A DNA stretch of 64,000 bases. It comes from Candidatus Eiseniibacteriota bacterium. GTDB taxonomy: Bacteria; Eisenbacteria; RBG-16-71-46. Made by a program: the position numbers and the translations under genes. The notes under the pieces are model-generated. The model did no database searches. It had not been told where the DNA came from and worked only from the letters and a program-made list of their open reading frames with translations. Within the stretch, counting starts at the first letter, position 1, and each line of letters begins with the position of its first letter. Below, piece by piece: positions 27,327 through 35,498 of this stretch. The stretch is taken from assembly GCA_041483195.1 (NCBI GenBank), contig JBGPFC010000005.1, positions 6,679 through 70,678 of the forward strand, read 5' to 3'.

Positions 27327-28388
27327 ATGTCCTCGTCATTCGGCACGCTGTTCGTCGTCACCACCTTCGGCGAATCCCACGGGCCGGCGGTCGGCGTGGT
27401 GGTGGACGGCATGCCGCCCGGCATCCGCGTCGAGAGCGCGGAGGTTCAGCGCGAGCTCGATCGGCGCCGGCCCGGGCAGAGCGCGCTCACCACGCAGCGC
27501 AAGGAGAGCGACACGGTCGAGATCCTCTCCGGGATCTTCGAGGGCCTGAGCATGGGCACGCCGATCGCCATGCTGGTGCGCAATACCGACGCGCGCTCGA
27601 AGGACTACGAAGCGCTCAGGGACGTCTTCCGCCCCGGCCACGCCGACTACGCGTACTTCGAGAAGTACGGGGTGCGCGACCACCGCGGCGGCGGCCGCGC
27701 CTCGGGACGCGAGACCGTCGGCCGGGTCGCGGCCGGCGCGCTCGCGCGCGCCGCGCTCGCGACGGTCGGAGTCCGGATCGTGGGCGGCACGGTGCAGGTG
27801 GGAGCGGTGCGCGCCGAGGCCCGGCACTGGGACGAGGTCGAGAAGAATCCGGTGCGCTGCCCCGACGCGACCGCGGCCGTGACGATGGCGCGGGTGATCG
27901 AGGAGGCCCGCGACGCGAAGGATTCGGTGGGGGGCGTGGTCGAGGTGAACGCGTTGGGCGTTCCGGCCGGGTGGGGCGATCCCACCATGGCGAAGCTCGA
28001 CGCGGCGATCGGCGCCGCGATGCTCTCGATCCCCGCGACCAAGGGGGTCGAGATCGGCGGCGGCTTCGGCATGTGCGAACGCCACGGCTCGGAGACCAAC
28101 GACGTGTTCGACGGCGAGCGCTTCCTCACCAACTTCGCGGGAGGCATCAACGGAGGGATCTCCAGCGGCGCCCCGATCGTCGCGCGCGTGGCGGTGCGCC
28201 CGGCGACCTCGATCGGGAAGCCCCAGACCGCGGCGATGCGCGGGGGCGGCACCACCACCATCGCGATCGAGGGTCGTCACGACCCCTGCATCTGCCCGCG
28301 CGTGGTGCCGGTCGCCGAGAGCATGCTGGCGCTGGTGCTCGCCGATGCGTGGCTGCGCCAGCGAGCGCTGCGCGGGAGGGAAGCCTGA
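27327..28388 (+). CDS. aroC: chorismate synthase
   Basis: GESHGPAVGVVVDGMPPG, RPGHADYAYFEKYG and GGGRASGRETVGRVAAGA are highly diagnostic of AroC. Confidence 0.92.
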   Translation: MSSSFGTLFVVTTFGESHGPAVGVVVDGMPPGIRVESAEVQRELDRRRPGQSALTTQRKESDTVEILSGIFEGLSMGTPIAMLVRNTDARSKDYEALRDVFRPGHADYAYFEKYGVRDHRGGGRASGRETVGRVAAGALARAALATVGVRIVGGTVQVGAVRAEARHWDEVEKNPVRCPDATAAVTMARVIEEARDAKDSVGGVVEVNALGVPAGWGDPTMAKLDAAIGAAMLSIPATKGVEIGGGFGMCERHGSETNDVFDGERFLTNFAGGINGGISSGAPIVARVAVRPATSIGKPQTAAMRGGGTTTIAIEGRHDPCICPRVVPVAESMLALVLADAWLRQRALRGREA

Positions 28389-28462
28389 ACGACCGCCGTC
28401 GATTGACCCGCCTCGAAAACGCGTGCTAGGCTCGATGCCTCGTTCGACGGAGGTTTGCGCGA

Positions 28463-28546
28463 ATGTTCGGCACCGGGAACTACGAGTGGATCTGGCGCGG
28501 GTACGGCTACGCGTGGCGTGGCCGGGAGACCGCGTCGCTCCGCTGA
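28463..28546 (+). CDS. candidate aromatic-amino-acid leader peptide (27 aa: MFGTGNYEWIWRGYGYAWRGRETASLR)
   Basis: GGAGG ribosome-binding site 9 nt upstream. The peptide has 3 Trp, 3 Tyr and 1 Phe. It sits 30 nt upstream of an intrinsic terminator and about 80 nt upstream of the DAHP synthase start. Confidence 0.5.
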   Translation: MFGTGNYEWIWRGYGYAWRGRETASLR

Positions 28547-28574
28547 TTTCCTCGAGCCTCGCGCGCACTCCCTG

Positions 28575-28606
28575 CCCATGCCTTCGCGGCGTGGGCGTTT
28601 TCATTG
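28575..28606 (+). terminator. intrinsic terminator / attenuator in the DAHP-synthase leader
   Basis: Stem GCCCATGCC-ttcgc-GGCGTGGGC (9 bp with one G-U pair) followed by GTTTTCATT. Leader segment 28517-28530 (GGCGTGGCCGGGAG) can alternatively pair with the 5' terminator arm as an antiterminator. Confidence 0.5.
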
Positions 28607-28626
28607 GCGGCTGACCGGAGTCCCAC

Positions 28627-29640
28627 ATGCTGGTGCTGCTCAAACGCGGCGTGAGTGAGCCCGCGATCAACGAGCTCACCTCCTGGCTGCGCATGGCCGG
28701 GCTGGGCGTGCATCGCGCCGACCACGACGGCCACGTGCGGCTCGCCGCGCTGAGCGATACCGGACTGCTCGACTGGGAGCAGGTGAGGAAGCTCCCGGGC
28801 GTCGAATCGGTGACGAAGATCGCCGTGCCCTTCAAGCTGGTGAGCCGCGCGTTTCATCCGCACGACACGGTGATCACGGTGGGCCGCTGCGCGATCGGCA
28901 GCCAGCAGCTCGCGCTGATGGCGGGGCCCTGCTCGGTCGAGGGCGAAGCCCAGGCCTTCACCATCGCCGAGGCGGTGGCGAAGGCCGGCGCGACCATCAT
29001 GCGCGGCGGAGCCTACAAGCCGCGCACCTCGCCATACTCGTTCCAGGGGCTGGGCGAGGAGGGCCTGAAGCTCCTGCGCCGCGCGGCGGACGCGAACGGC
29101 CTGGCGGTGGTGAGCGAGGTGATGGACTCGCAGCAGGTAGCGCTGGTCGCGCGCTACGCCGACATCCTGCAGGTCGGCGCGCGCAACATGCAGAACTTCT
29201 CGCTGCTGAAGGAGGTCGGGCAGGCGGGCAAGCCGGTACTCCTCAAGCGCGGCCTCGCCTCGACCATCGAGGAATGGCTGATGAGCGCCGAACACATCCT
29301 CTCGCAGGGCAACGCGCAGGTGATCCTCTGCGAGCGCGGCATCCGCACGTTCGAGACCTACACGCGGAACACGCTCGACCTCAACGCGATTCCGGTGGTG
29401 AAGGAGCTGAGCCACCTGCCGGTGATCGTCGACCCATCGCACGGCACCGGGATCCGCAACAAGGTGGCGCCGATGGCGCGCGCCGCGATCGCCGCCGGCG
29501 CCGACGGGCTCATCATCGAGGTGCATCACGACCCCGACCACGCGCTCTCGGACGGCGCGCAGTCGCTGTATCCCGCGCAGTACGTCGAGCTGGTGGAGCA
29601 GATCCGGACGATCGCGACGGTGCTGGGAAGAACGGTGTGA
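28627..29640 (+). CDS. aroF: 3-deoxy-7-phosphoheptulonate (DAHP) synthase, class I-beta with an N-terminal regulatory domain
   Basis: The N-terminal about 75 aa are ACT/FL-like. The catalytic domain carries LMAGPCSVE, GAYKPRTSPYSFQGLG, KRGL and IVDPSHGTG motifs of the KDO8PS/DAHPS I-beta family. Confidence 0.88.
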   Translation: MLVLLKRGVSEPAINELTSWLRMAGLGVHRADHDGHVRLAALSDTGLLDWEQVRKLPGVESVTKIAVPFKLVSRAFHPHDTVITVGRCAIGSQQLALMAGPCSVEGEAQAFTIAEAVAKAGATIMRGGAYKPRTSPYSFQGLGEEGLKLLRRAADANGLAVVSEVMDSQQVALVARYADILQVGARNMQNFSLLKEVGQAGKPVLLKRGLASTIEEWLMSAEHILSQGNAQVILCERGIRTFETYTRNTLDLNAIPVVKELSHLPVIVDPSHGTGIRNKVAPMARAAIAAGADGLIIEVHHDPDHALSDGAQSLYPAQYVELVEQIRTIATVLGRTV

Positions 29641-29667
29641 CGAGCGAGACTCGCGATTGCGCCGCGA

Positions 29668-30234
29668 CTACTCGCGCCGGGCCCACAGCCGCTTCCAGAT
29701 CACGGTGCCCTGTCCGGGCGTGACGTACTCGAGCAGCATCGATCCACCGATGTGCCCGTCATCGAAGGTCGCGAAGACAAAGGGCCGATCGAGCAGCGTG
29801 ATGCCCTCGCGATCGTAGAACCCCATCCTGCCGCCCAGCACGCCGGGGAAGGGGATAAGCTCCGGGTGCGCGACCAGACTGTCCCTCAGCTGATTCGCCG
29901 GATCGACCAGCCCCGCTCTGCGCAGGTCCAGCTCATCCGAGGGCTCGAACATGGTGCGTTTGGCCAGCCACGTGTGCCGGATCGCCTGTTGCCAGCGCCT
30001 CGACTGGAGCTGCGCCACGGTCGCGGTCCAGACCCAGTACAGCGAGTCCCGGGTGCCAAGCTCGTCGGGAGGGCGTGGGAAGGTCACCGTGCTTCCCAGA
30101 GAATCGAGGACCACGGAGGTCCAGTGTCGGATAGAACGAACTCTCTGCTCTGCACGTTGCCACTGAATCCCGAAAAAGGCGCACAGCAGAAGGCTGATCG
30201 CCACGAGGACGCCGGGCGGACCCAATCTCTGCAT
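29668..30234 (-). CDS. hypothetical membrane-anchored protein
   Basis: MQRLGPPGVLVAISLLLCAFFGIQW is an N-terminal TM anchor. No known domain. Confidence 0.45.
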   Translation of the reverse strand: MQRLGPPGVLVAISLLLCAFFGIQWQRAEQRVRSIRHWTSVVLDSLGSTVTFPRPPDELGTRDSLYWVWTATVAQLQSRRWQQAIRHTWLAKRTMFEPSDELDLRRAGLVDPANQLRDSLVAHPELIPFPGVLGGRMGFYDREGITLLDRPFVFATFDDGHIGGSMLLEYVTPGQGTVIWKRLWARRE

Positions 30235-30344
30235 GCTGTGTGTCCTTGAATCCGAGTCCACGCGCCGACCCTCCGCTACGGGCTGAGCCACTCCGACCCG
30301 CATCGGGAATCGTTATCGGCATCTGGAATGGAATTCGTGAGGGA

Positions 30345-31088
30345 TCACCGCGCGCGATAGATCGCCTTGAGGCCGCCCCAGCTGGCGCGACTCGCGGCGG
30401 TGGCCGGGTCGGCCGCGACGCACAGCACGTGCGGATCGGGAGCGGCGAGCGCGACGAAGCTGGTGCCGAGCCCCTCGGTGGGAACCAGGTATTGCTGGCC
30501 GCCCGGAGCGAACGTGATGAGCGCGACCTCGAGCGCCTTCACGCACGCGCCCGGGGCGCCGCCGCGCTGAAAGCGGAGGCTGGCGGACACACTCGCGTGG
30601 GCGGGAAGCGCGTCGGTGTCCAGCCGCAGGACGTGCGCGGACATGCCGGCGTCGGTCACGATCGGGCCGAACGACGGCGGGAGGGCGAACGCGAGCGCCG
30701 GCGCGACCACGATCTGCCCAGACGCCGGAACCGAAGCCGCGCTCCAGGTCGCACTCGTGAGCGTCCAGCCGTCTGGCCATTCGGCGACGATGCACTCGCC
30801 GCATCGGGTCACGATCGTGTACACCCCGTGGTGCGTGAACCCGCACAGCACCAGACCGGTCGCGAGGCACTCCGAGCCAAAGTCCACGCAGCCCCGATCG
30901 GTCGCGATCGTGACCTGAGAGTCCACCACGATCTGTTCGACGACGAACGTGAATTGAGCCGTACACGTCCCGTCACCCGGGCACAGCTGCGAGAAGCCCG
31001 GCGGCAGGCAGCCGCCCAGGACCCATGGTGCGCAGAGCAGGGCGAGCGGAGCGAGATGGGCGAGCGAGGCGCGTCGCATGGCGATCAT
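30345..31088 (-). CDS. hypothetical Cys-rich lipoprotein
   Basis: Signal peptide with lipobox (LALLCAPWVLGGC). There are 14 Cys, mostly in the N-terminal half. No known domain. Confidence 0.5.
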   Translation of the reverse strand: MIAMRRASLAHLAPLALLCAPWVLGGCLPPGFSQLCPGDGTCTAQFTFVVEQIVVDSQVTIATDRGCVDFGSECLATGLVLCGFTHHGVYTIVTRCGECIVAEWPDGWTLTSATWSAASVPASGQIVVAPALAFALPPSFGPIVTDAGMSAHVLRLDTDALPAHASVSASLRFQRGGAPGACVKALEVALITFAPGGQQYLVPTEGLGTSFVALAAPDPHVLCVAADPATAASRASWGGLKAIYRAR

Positions 31089-31138
31089 GTTCTCACAGAC
31101 GCGGCCTCGCGCCGCCGAGCCGTGGCGCGGGCGCATTC

Positions 31139-31167
31139 TTGACATCGCATCGCGCCTCCGGCTTAAT
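31139..31167 (+). promoter_or_regulatory. candidate promoter for tRNA-Val/thrS (TTGACA-N17-CTTAAT)
   Basis: -35 at 31139-44 and -10-like CTTAAT at 31162-67, 13 nt before the tRNA 5' end. Confidence 0.3.
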
Positions 31168-31179
31168 CGTCCGCTCCGC

Positions 31180-31255
31180 GGGCGATTAGCTCAGTTGGTA
31201 GAGCACTTGCTCGACAAGCAAGGGGTCACTGGTTCAAGTCCAGTATCGCCCACCA
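31180..31255 (+). tRNA. tRNA-Val (anticodon GAC), CCA encoded
   Basis: GGGCGAT/ATCGCCC acceptor stem, GCTC...GAGC D-arm, anticodon stem CTTGC/GCAAG with loop TCGACAA, and a TTCAAGT T-loop. Position 33 reads C rather than the usual U. Confidence 0.8.
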
Positions 31256-31320
31256 TTGTTCACGCCGCGCGCCGGCCGCAGCCCGCGTCCCGCGGCCCGC
31301 TGAGGACTACCGCCGTGTCG

Positions 31321-33093
31321 ATGACCACCATCCCCGAGGATCGGCCCGAGGTCGCCCGCTATCCCGGGGGCGAGGCGCTCTACCGCCTGCGCCATTCGGC
31401 GGCGCACGTGCTCGCGACCGCGGTGGTCGAGCTGTTCCCCGACGTGAAGGTGGCGGGCGGGCCGCCCATCGAGAACGGGTTCTACTACGACTTCGCCCGC
31501 GAGCAGCCCTTCACCCCCGAGGACCTCGAGAAGATCGAGGCGCGCATGCGCGAGATCGTGGCCGCGAACCAGCGCTTCGAATACAGCGAGACCGACAAGG
31601 CGGAAGCGCGGGCTCGCTTCGAGGCGGCGGGGGAGAAGTACAAGCTCCACTTCCTGTCCGTGATTCCCGATGGCGCGAAGGTCACCTACTACAGGAACGG
31701 CCCGTTCCTCGACCTCTGCCGCGGCCCGCACCTGGCGGGCACCGGCGAGCTGAAGGCGTTCAAGCTCACCCACGTCGCGGGCGCCTACTGGCTGGGGCAG
31801 GAACGCAACGAGATGCTCCAGCGCATCTACGGCACCGCCTTCCCATCGCAGGCCGACCTCGACGAGCACCTGAAGCGCGTCGAGGAATCGCTCAAGCGCG
31901 ACCATCGCAAGCTGGGGCGCGAGCTCGACCTGTACTCGATCCACGAGGAAGTCGGCGGCGGCCTCATCTTCTGGCATCCGAAGCTGGGGATGGTGCGCCA
32001 TCTGATGGAGAAGCTGTGGAAGGACGAGCACCTCCGGCGCGGCTATCAGCTGGTCTACACCCCGCACATCGCGAACGAGAAGCTGTTCGAGATCTCCGGG
32101 CACCTCCAGAACTACGCGGACCTCATGTATTCCGCGATGGATATCGACGGCCAGCCGTATCGCATGAAGCCGATGAACTGCCCCGGACACATCATGATCT
32201 ACAACAGCCGCAAGCATTCCTATCGCGATCTGCCGCTGCGCTTCGCGGAGCTCGGCACCGTTTACCGCTACGAGCGCTCTGGCGTGCTCCATGGCATGGA
32301 ACGCGTGCGCGGCTTCACCCAGGACGACTCCCACATCTTCTGCACCCCGGATCAGCTGGCCGGCGAGGTCGAGGGCATCCTCGACCTGATGGACTACCTG
32401 CTGCGCACCTTCGGATACGAGTACAGCTGCTACCTCGCGACCCGGCCGAAGGAGAAGACCATCGGCAGCGACGAGGAGTGGGCGTTCGCGACCGACGCGC
32501 TGCGCAACGCGCTCGAGCATCGCGGCCTGCCCTACGAGGTCGACGAAGGCGGCGGCGCGTTCTACGCGCCCAAGATCGACGTCAAGCTGCGCGACGCGCT
32601 GGGCCGCGAGTGGCAGTGCCCGACCATCCAGGTGGATCTCACCCTGCCGAAGCGCTTCGGCGTCCATTACACCGGACCCGACGGACAGGACCACGAGGTC
32701 ATCATGCTGCACCGCGCGCTCTACGGCTCGCTCGAGCGCTTCGCCGGGATCTACATCGAGCACACCGGCGCAGAGTTTCCAGTGTGGATCGCGCCAGTGC
32801 AGGTGAAGGTCATCCCCGCGAACCCGAAGGCGCTCGACTACGCCGTCGACACGGCGCGGCTGTTGAGGGAAGGCGGCGTGCGCGCCGAGGTGGACCTGCG
32901 CGACGAGAAGATGGGCGCCAAGATCCGCGACGCCGAGCTCGAGAAGGTGCCATACATGCTGATCGTGGGACCGCGCGAGGCCGAGGCCGGCACCGTTTCG
33001 CCGCGCCGCAAGGGCGTGGGCCAGCTCGAGGCCGTCACCCGCCAGGCGTTCCTCGAGCGCGTGCAGCGGGAGTCGCGCGAGCGCAGCGGGTAG
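31321..33093 (+). CDS. thrS: threonine--tRNA ligase (N-terminally short form lacking the TGS domain)
   Basis: RHSAAHVLATAVVELFPDVKVAGGPPIENGFYYDF, class II motifs, and an anticodon-binding C-terminus. The ORF's upstream 81 codons run across the tRNA gene and are rejected. Confidence 0.9.
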   Translation: MTTIPEDRPEVARYPGGEALYRLRHSAAHVLATAVVELFPDVKVAGGPPIENGFYYDFAREQPFTPEDLEKIEARMREIVAANQRFEYSETDKAEARARFEAAGEKYKLHFLSVIPDGAKVTYYRNGPFLDLCRGPHLAGTGELKAFKLTHVAGAYWLGQERNEMLQRIYGTAFPSQADLDEHLKRVEESLKRDHRKLGRELDLYSIHEEVGGGLIFWHPKLGMVRHLMEKLWKDEHLRRGYQLVYTPHIANEKLFEISGHLQNYADLMYSAMDIDGQPYRMKPMNCPGHIMIYNSRKHSYRDLPLRFAELGTVYRYERSGVLHGMERVRGFTQDDSHIFCTPDQLAGEVEGILDLMDYLLRTFGYEYSCYLATRPKEKTIGSDEEWAFATDALRNALEHRGLPYEVDEGGGAFYAPKIDVKLRDALGREWQCPTIQVDLTLPKRFGVHYTGPDGQDHEVIMLHRALYGSLERFAGIYIEHTGAEFPVWIAPVQVKVIPANPKALDYAVDTARLLREGGVRAEVDLRDEKMGAKIRDAELEKVPYMLIVGPREAEAGTVSPRRKGVGQLEAVTRQAFLERVQRESRERSG

Positions 33094-33182
33094 CGCCGGG
33101 GAAGCGGCACGGGCGCATCCGGCGGCGCGGAGCCGCGATCGCTTCGTGTCCAGACGCTCGCCCGCTCGAGCTCAGCGCGGCT

Positions 33183-33857
33183 TCACTTCCCTCCGAAATG
33201 AAACCCGAAGCCCCCCGCCGCCTCGAAGCTGCTCGGCCACCACGTCACCTTCGCTCCCTTGTCCTTCGCCGTCGCGTAGCCCCACACGTTTCCAACCTGT
33301 CCGGCCAGACTCACCGCCGGCGAGATCATGATGAAGCCGCCGATTCTAGCCGAAACCCCGAGCCGGGTGGTGGTCGGACCGGTCACGTTCGAACTGGGCG
33401 GCGTCGTCCCGAACACGTTCTCGTACTTCGCATGCCCCGCCCAGTACTCGACGCCCGGTCCCGCGAACACCACGAGACGCTCGCCCACCCGGCCCACCCG
33501 GTCGCCTCCGACTCTCAGCTTGAACCCGGTCGATGAGTACTTGTGGTCGGGGCTGTTCGCCGGCGGGTTGTTTCCCGCGACATCCTTCTCGCTGAAGAAT
33601 CCGGCCGCCGCCGACAAGCTCAACGCGTAGTCGTCCCGGAGCAGGTACCAGTACTGTCCCCCCAGCTCGATCTGGGAGCTGGGATCTCCGGTATCGACGG
33701 TCGAATAGTTCGCAGCACCGACCACCGGATTCGCGAGGTCCGCCTGTCCCTGCCCGATCTGGATCGCGAATACGGATGAGCCGCGGCCCATGCCGAACGC
33801 GTCGAAGCCGCCCACGAGCATCGCGAGCACGGACACCACGATTGCTTTGCTCAGCAT
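33183..33857 (-). CDS. small outer-membrane beta-barrel protein (OmpW/porin-like, hypothetical)
   Basis: Signal peptide MLSKAIVVSVLAMLVGGFDAFG, alternating beta-strand pattern, and a C-terminal aromatic residue (FHFGGK). Confidence 0.55.
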   Translation of the reverse strand: MLSKAIVVSVLAMLVGGFDAFGMGRGSSVFAIQIGQGQADLANPVVGAANYSTVDTGDPSSQIELGGQYWYLLRDDYALSLSAAAGFFSEKDVAGNNPPANSPDHKYSSTGFKLRVGGDRVGRVGERLVVFAGPGVEYWAGHAKYENVFGTTPPSSNVTGPTTTRLGVSARIGGFIMISPAVSLAGQVGNVWGYATAKDKGAKVTWWPSSFEAAGGFGFHFGGK

Positions 33858-33987
33858 GTCAGCCTCCTTAGGGAAAGAGGGTCAACCACGCCCGATGACG
33901 CGAGGACCGCGGCAGGCTATGAGTGGGGTGGGGGAGTGTCAAACGCGTGGGAAGCTCCCGCCGCGACGCCCTGCACCCGATGCCGGC

Positions 33988-34016
33988 TTGCAATGCGGCG
34001 GCCCCGCCCGTAGACT
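33988..34016 (+). promoter_or_regulatory. candidate sigma70-type promoter for the infC-rpmI-rplT-pheST operon (TTGCAA-N17-TAGACT)
   Basis: -35 at 33988-93 and -10 at 34011-16. This leaves a structured 5' leader of about 215 nt. Confidence 0.35.
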
Positions 34017-34136
34017 GCCCGTCTATCGTCAAGCAGAAGCCCCGCGCTTCTCACCCGCTGCGGGCCCGTGCGGCCTCGCGTCAGGGTTCTCGGTTCCGGC
34101 TCGCGGCTGCATCACGAGTGGAGCGAATGGCGGCAA

Positions 34137-34181
34137 CGCCGGGCGGGGTCTTTTGTTTGGAGACCCCGCCCGGCGTTTTTT
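34137..34181 (+). terminator. intrinsic terminator inside the infC leader (candidate L20-responsive attenuator)
   Basis: Perfect 14-bp stem CGCCGGGCGGGGTC...GACCCCGCCCGGCG followed by TTTTTT, 58 nt upstream of the infC start. A second alternating-CG hairpin follows at 34182-34201. Confidence 0.5.
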
Positions 34182-34238
34182 CGCGCGCGCGACGCGCGCG
34201 CCGGGTATGCCGAGACCATTCACGCGGAGGTGACGACC

Positions 34239-34865
34239 ATTTCCCTGCCGAAGGTACCCGAAGTCCGTGTCAACGAGCGCATCCGTGTTCCCCAGGTCCG
34301 CGTCATTGGTGACGACGGCTCGCAGGTTGGCGTACTTCCGGTGCGCGAAGCGCTCACGCTCGCACAGTCCAGGGGCCTCGATCTGGTCGAGGTGTCGCCC
34401 ACCGCGCGGCCGCCGGTATGCCGCATCATGGACTACGGAAAATTCAAGTACGAGCAGAACCGCCGGGCGCGCAAGGCCAAGAAGAAGCAGCACCACATGC
34501 AGCTCAAGGAAATCAAGATGCGGCCCAAGATCGAGGAGCACGACTACACATTCAAGATCCAGCACGCCCGCGAGTTCCTCGAGCAGCGCGACAAGGTCAA
34601 GGTCACGGTCACGTTTCGCGGGCGGGAGATCGCCCATCAGGACATCGGCCACCGTCTGATTCAGAAAGTCATCGCGGCGCTGCTCGACGTGGCATCGGTG
34701 GAATCTCCGCCGCGCTCCGAAGGCCGTACGCTGACCGCGGTGCTGATGCCGAAGCCGCCCAAGACCGGCGGCAAGAGCGAGAGCAAGGACCACGATGGGG
34801 CGGTCGCCATACGGCCCCGCACCGAAAGCACCGGCCCGCGCGCGGAGACCGGCAGCAGGGAGTGA
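34239..34865 (+). CDS. infC: translation initiation factor IF-3, predicted AUU start, with a C-terminal extension of about 40 aa
   Basis: GGAGG at 34226-30, then an 8-nt spacer to the in-frame ATT at 34239. ISLPKVPEVRVNERIRVPQVRVIGDDG...PPVCRIMDYGKFKYE matches IF-3. The in-frame GTG at 34230 abuts the ribosome-binding site. Confidence 0.8.
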   Translation: MSLPKVPEVRVNERIRVPQVRVIGDDGSQVGVLPVREALTLAQSRGLDLVEVSPTARPPVCRIMDYGKFKYEQNRRARKAKKKQHHMQLKEIKMRPKIEEHDYTFKIQHAREFLEQRDKVKVTVTFRGREIAHQDIGHRLIQKVIAALLDVASVESPPRSEGRTLTAVLMPKPPKTGGKSESKDHDGAVAIRPRTESTGPRAETGSRE

Positions 34866-34871
34866 CGATCG

Positions 34872-35069
34872 ATGCCCAAGATGAAAACCAATCGAGCCGC
34901 CGCGAAGCGATTCAAGCTGACCGGCACCGGCAAAGCGGTACGCGCCAAGGCCAACCTGCGGCACGGCATGATCGGCAAGCGCCGCTCACGCAAGCGTCGC
35001 CTGGGCGGCACGGAGGTCGTGGCGGGAGTGGATCAGGCCCGCGTGCAGCGCATGCTCGGCAGACGCTAG
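34872..35069 (+). CDS. rpmI: 50S ribosomal protein L35
   Basis: [21 protein letters not shown]... Confidence 0.92.
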   Translation: MPKMKTNRAAAKRFKLTGTGKAVRAKANLRHGMIGKRRSRKRRLGGTEVVAGVDQARVQRMLGRR

Positions 35070-35141
35070 GCCAACCCACTCGCATTTCATTTTCCGGCGG
35101 CGCTCGCATGCGCATCGCGCCGGTTGAGGAGGACTCGTAGC

Positions 35142-35498
35142 ATGCCACGCGCAAAAACCGTCGTTCCGGGCCGCGCCCGGCGGCGCAAGGTACTCAAGGC
35201 CGCGAAGGGCAATTACAGCGGCCGACGGAAGCTCTACAAGACCGCGCTCCAGACCGTGCAGCGTGCCGGGCAGTTCGCATTCGAGCACCGCCGCCTGCGC
35301 AAGCGCGATTTCCGCCGCCTGTGGATCACCCGCATCAACGCGGCGGCCCGCATCAACGGGCTCTCATACAGCACGCTCATCTCGGGCCTCAAGCGCGCCA
35401 ACATCGACGTGAACCGGAAGCTGCTCGCCGATCTCGCGGTACGCGATGCCGCGGCGTTCGCGAAGCTCGCGGAGGCGGCGAAGTCGGCAGTCGTGTAA
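35142..35498 (+). CDS. rplT: 50S ribosomal protein L20
   Basis: GAGGAGG ribosome-binding site. [35 protein letters not shown]... Confidence 0.92.
   Translation: MPRAKTVVPGRARRRKVLKAAKGNYSGRRKLYKTALQTVQRAGQFAFEHRRLRKRDFRRLWITRINAAARINGLSYSTLISGLKRANIDVNRKLLADLAVRDAAAFAKLAEAAKSAVV

Noticed and set aside
31078-31320. N-terminal 81 codons of the thrS ORF in the track
   Set aside because: This stretch runs through a perfectly folded tRNA gene (31180..31255). thrS starts at the ATG at 31321.
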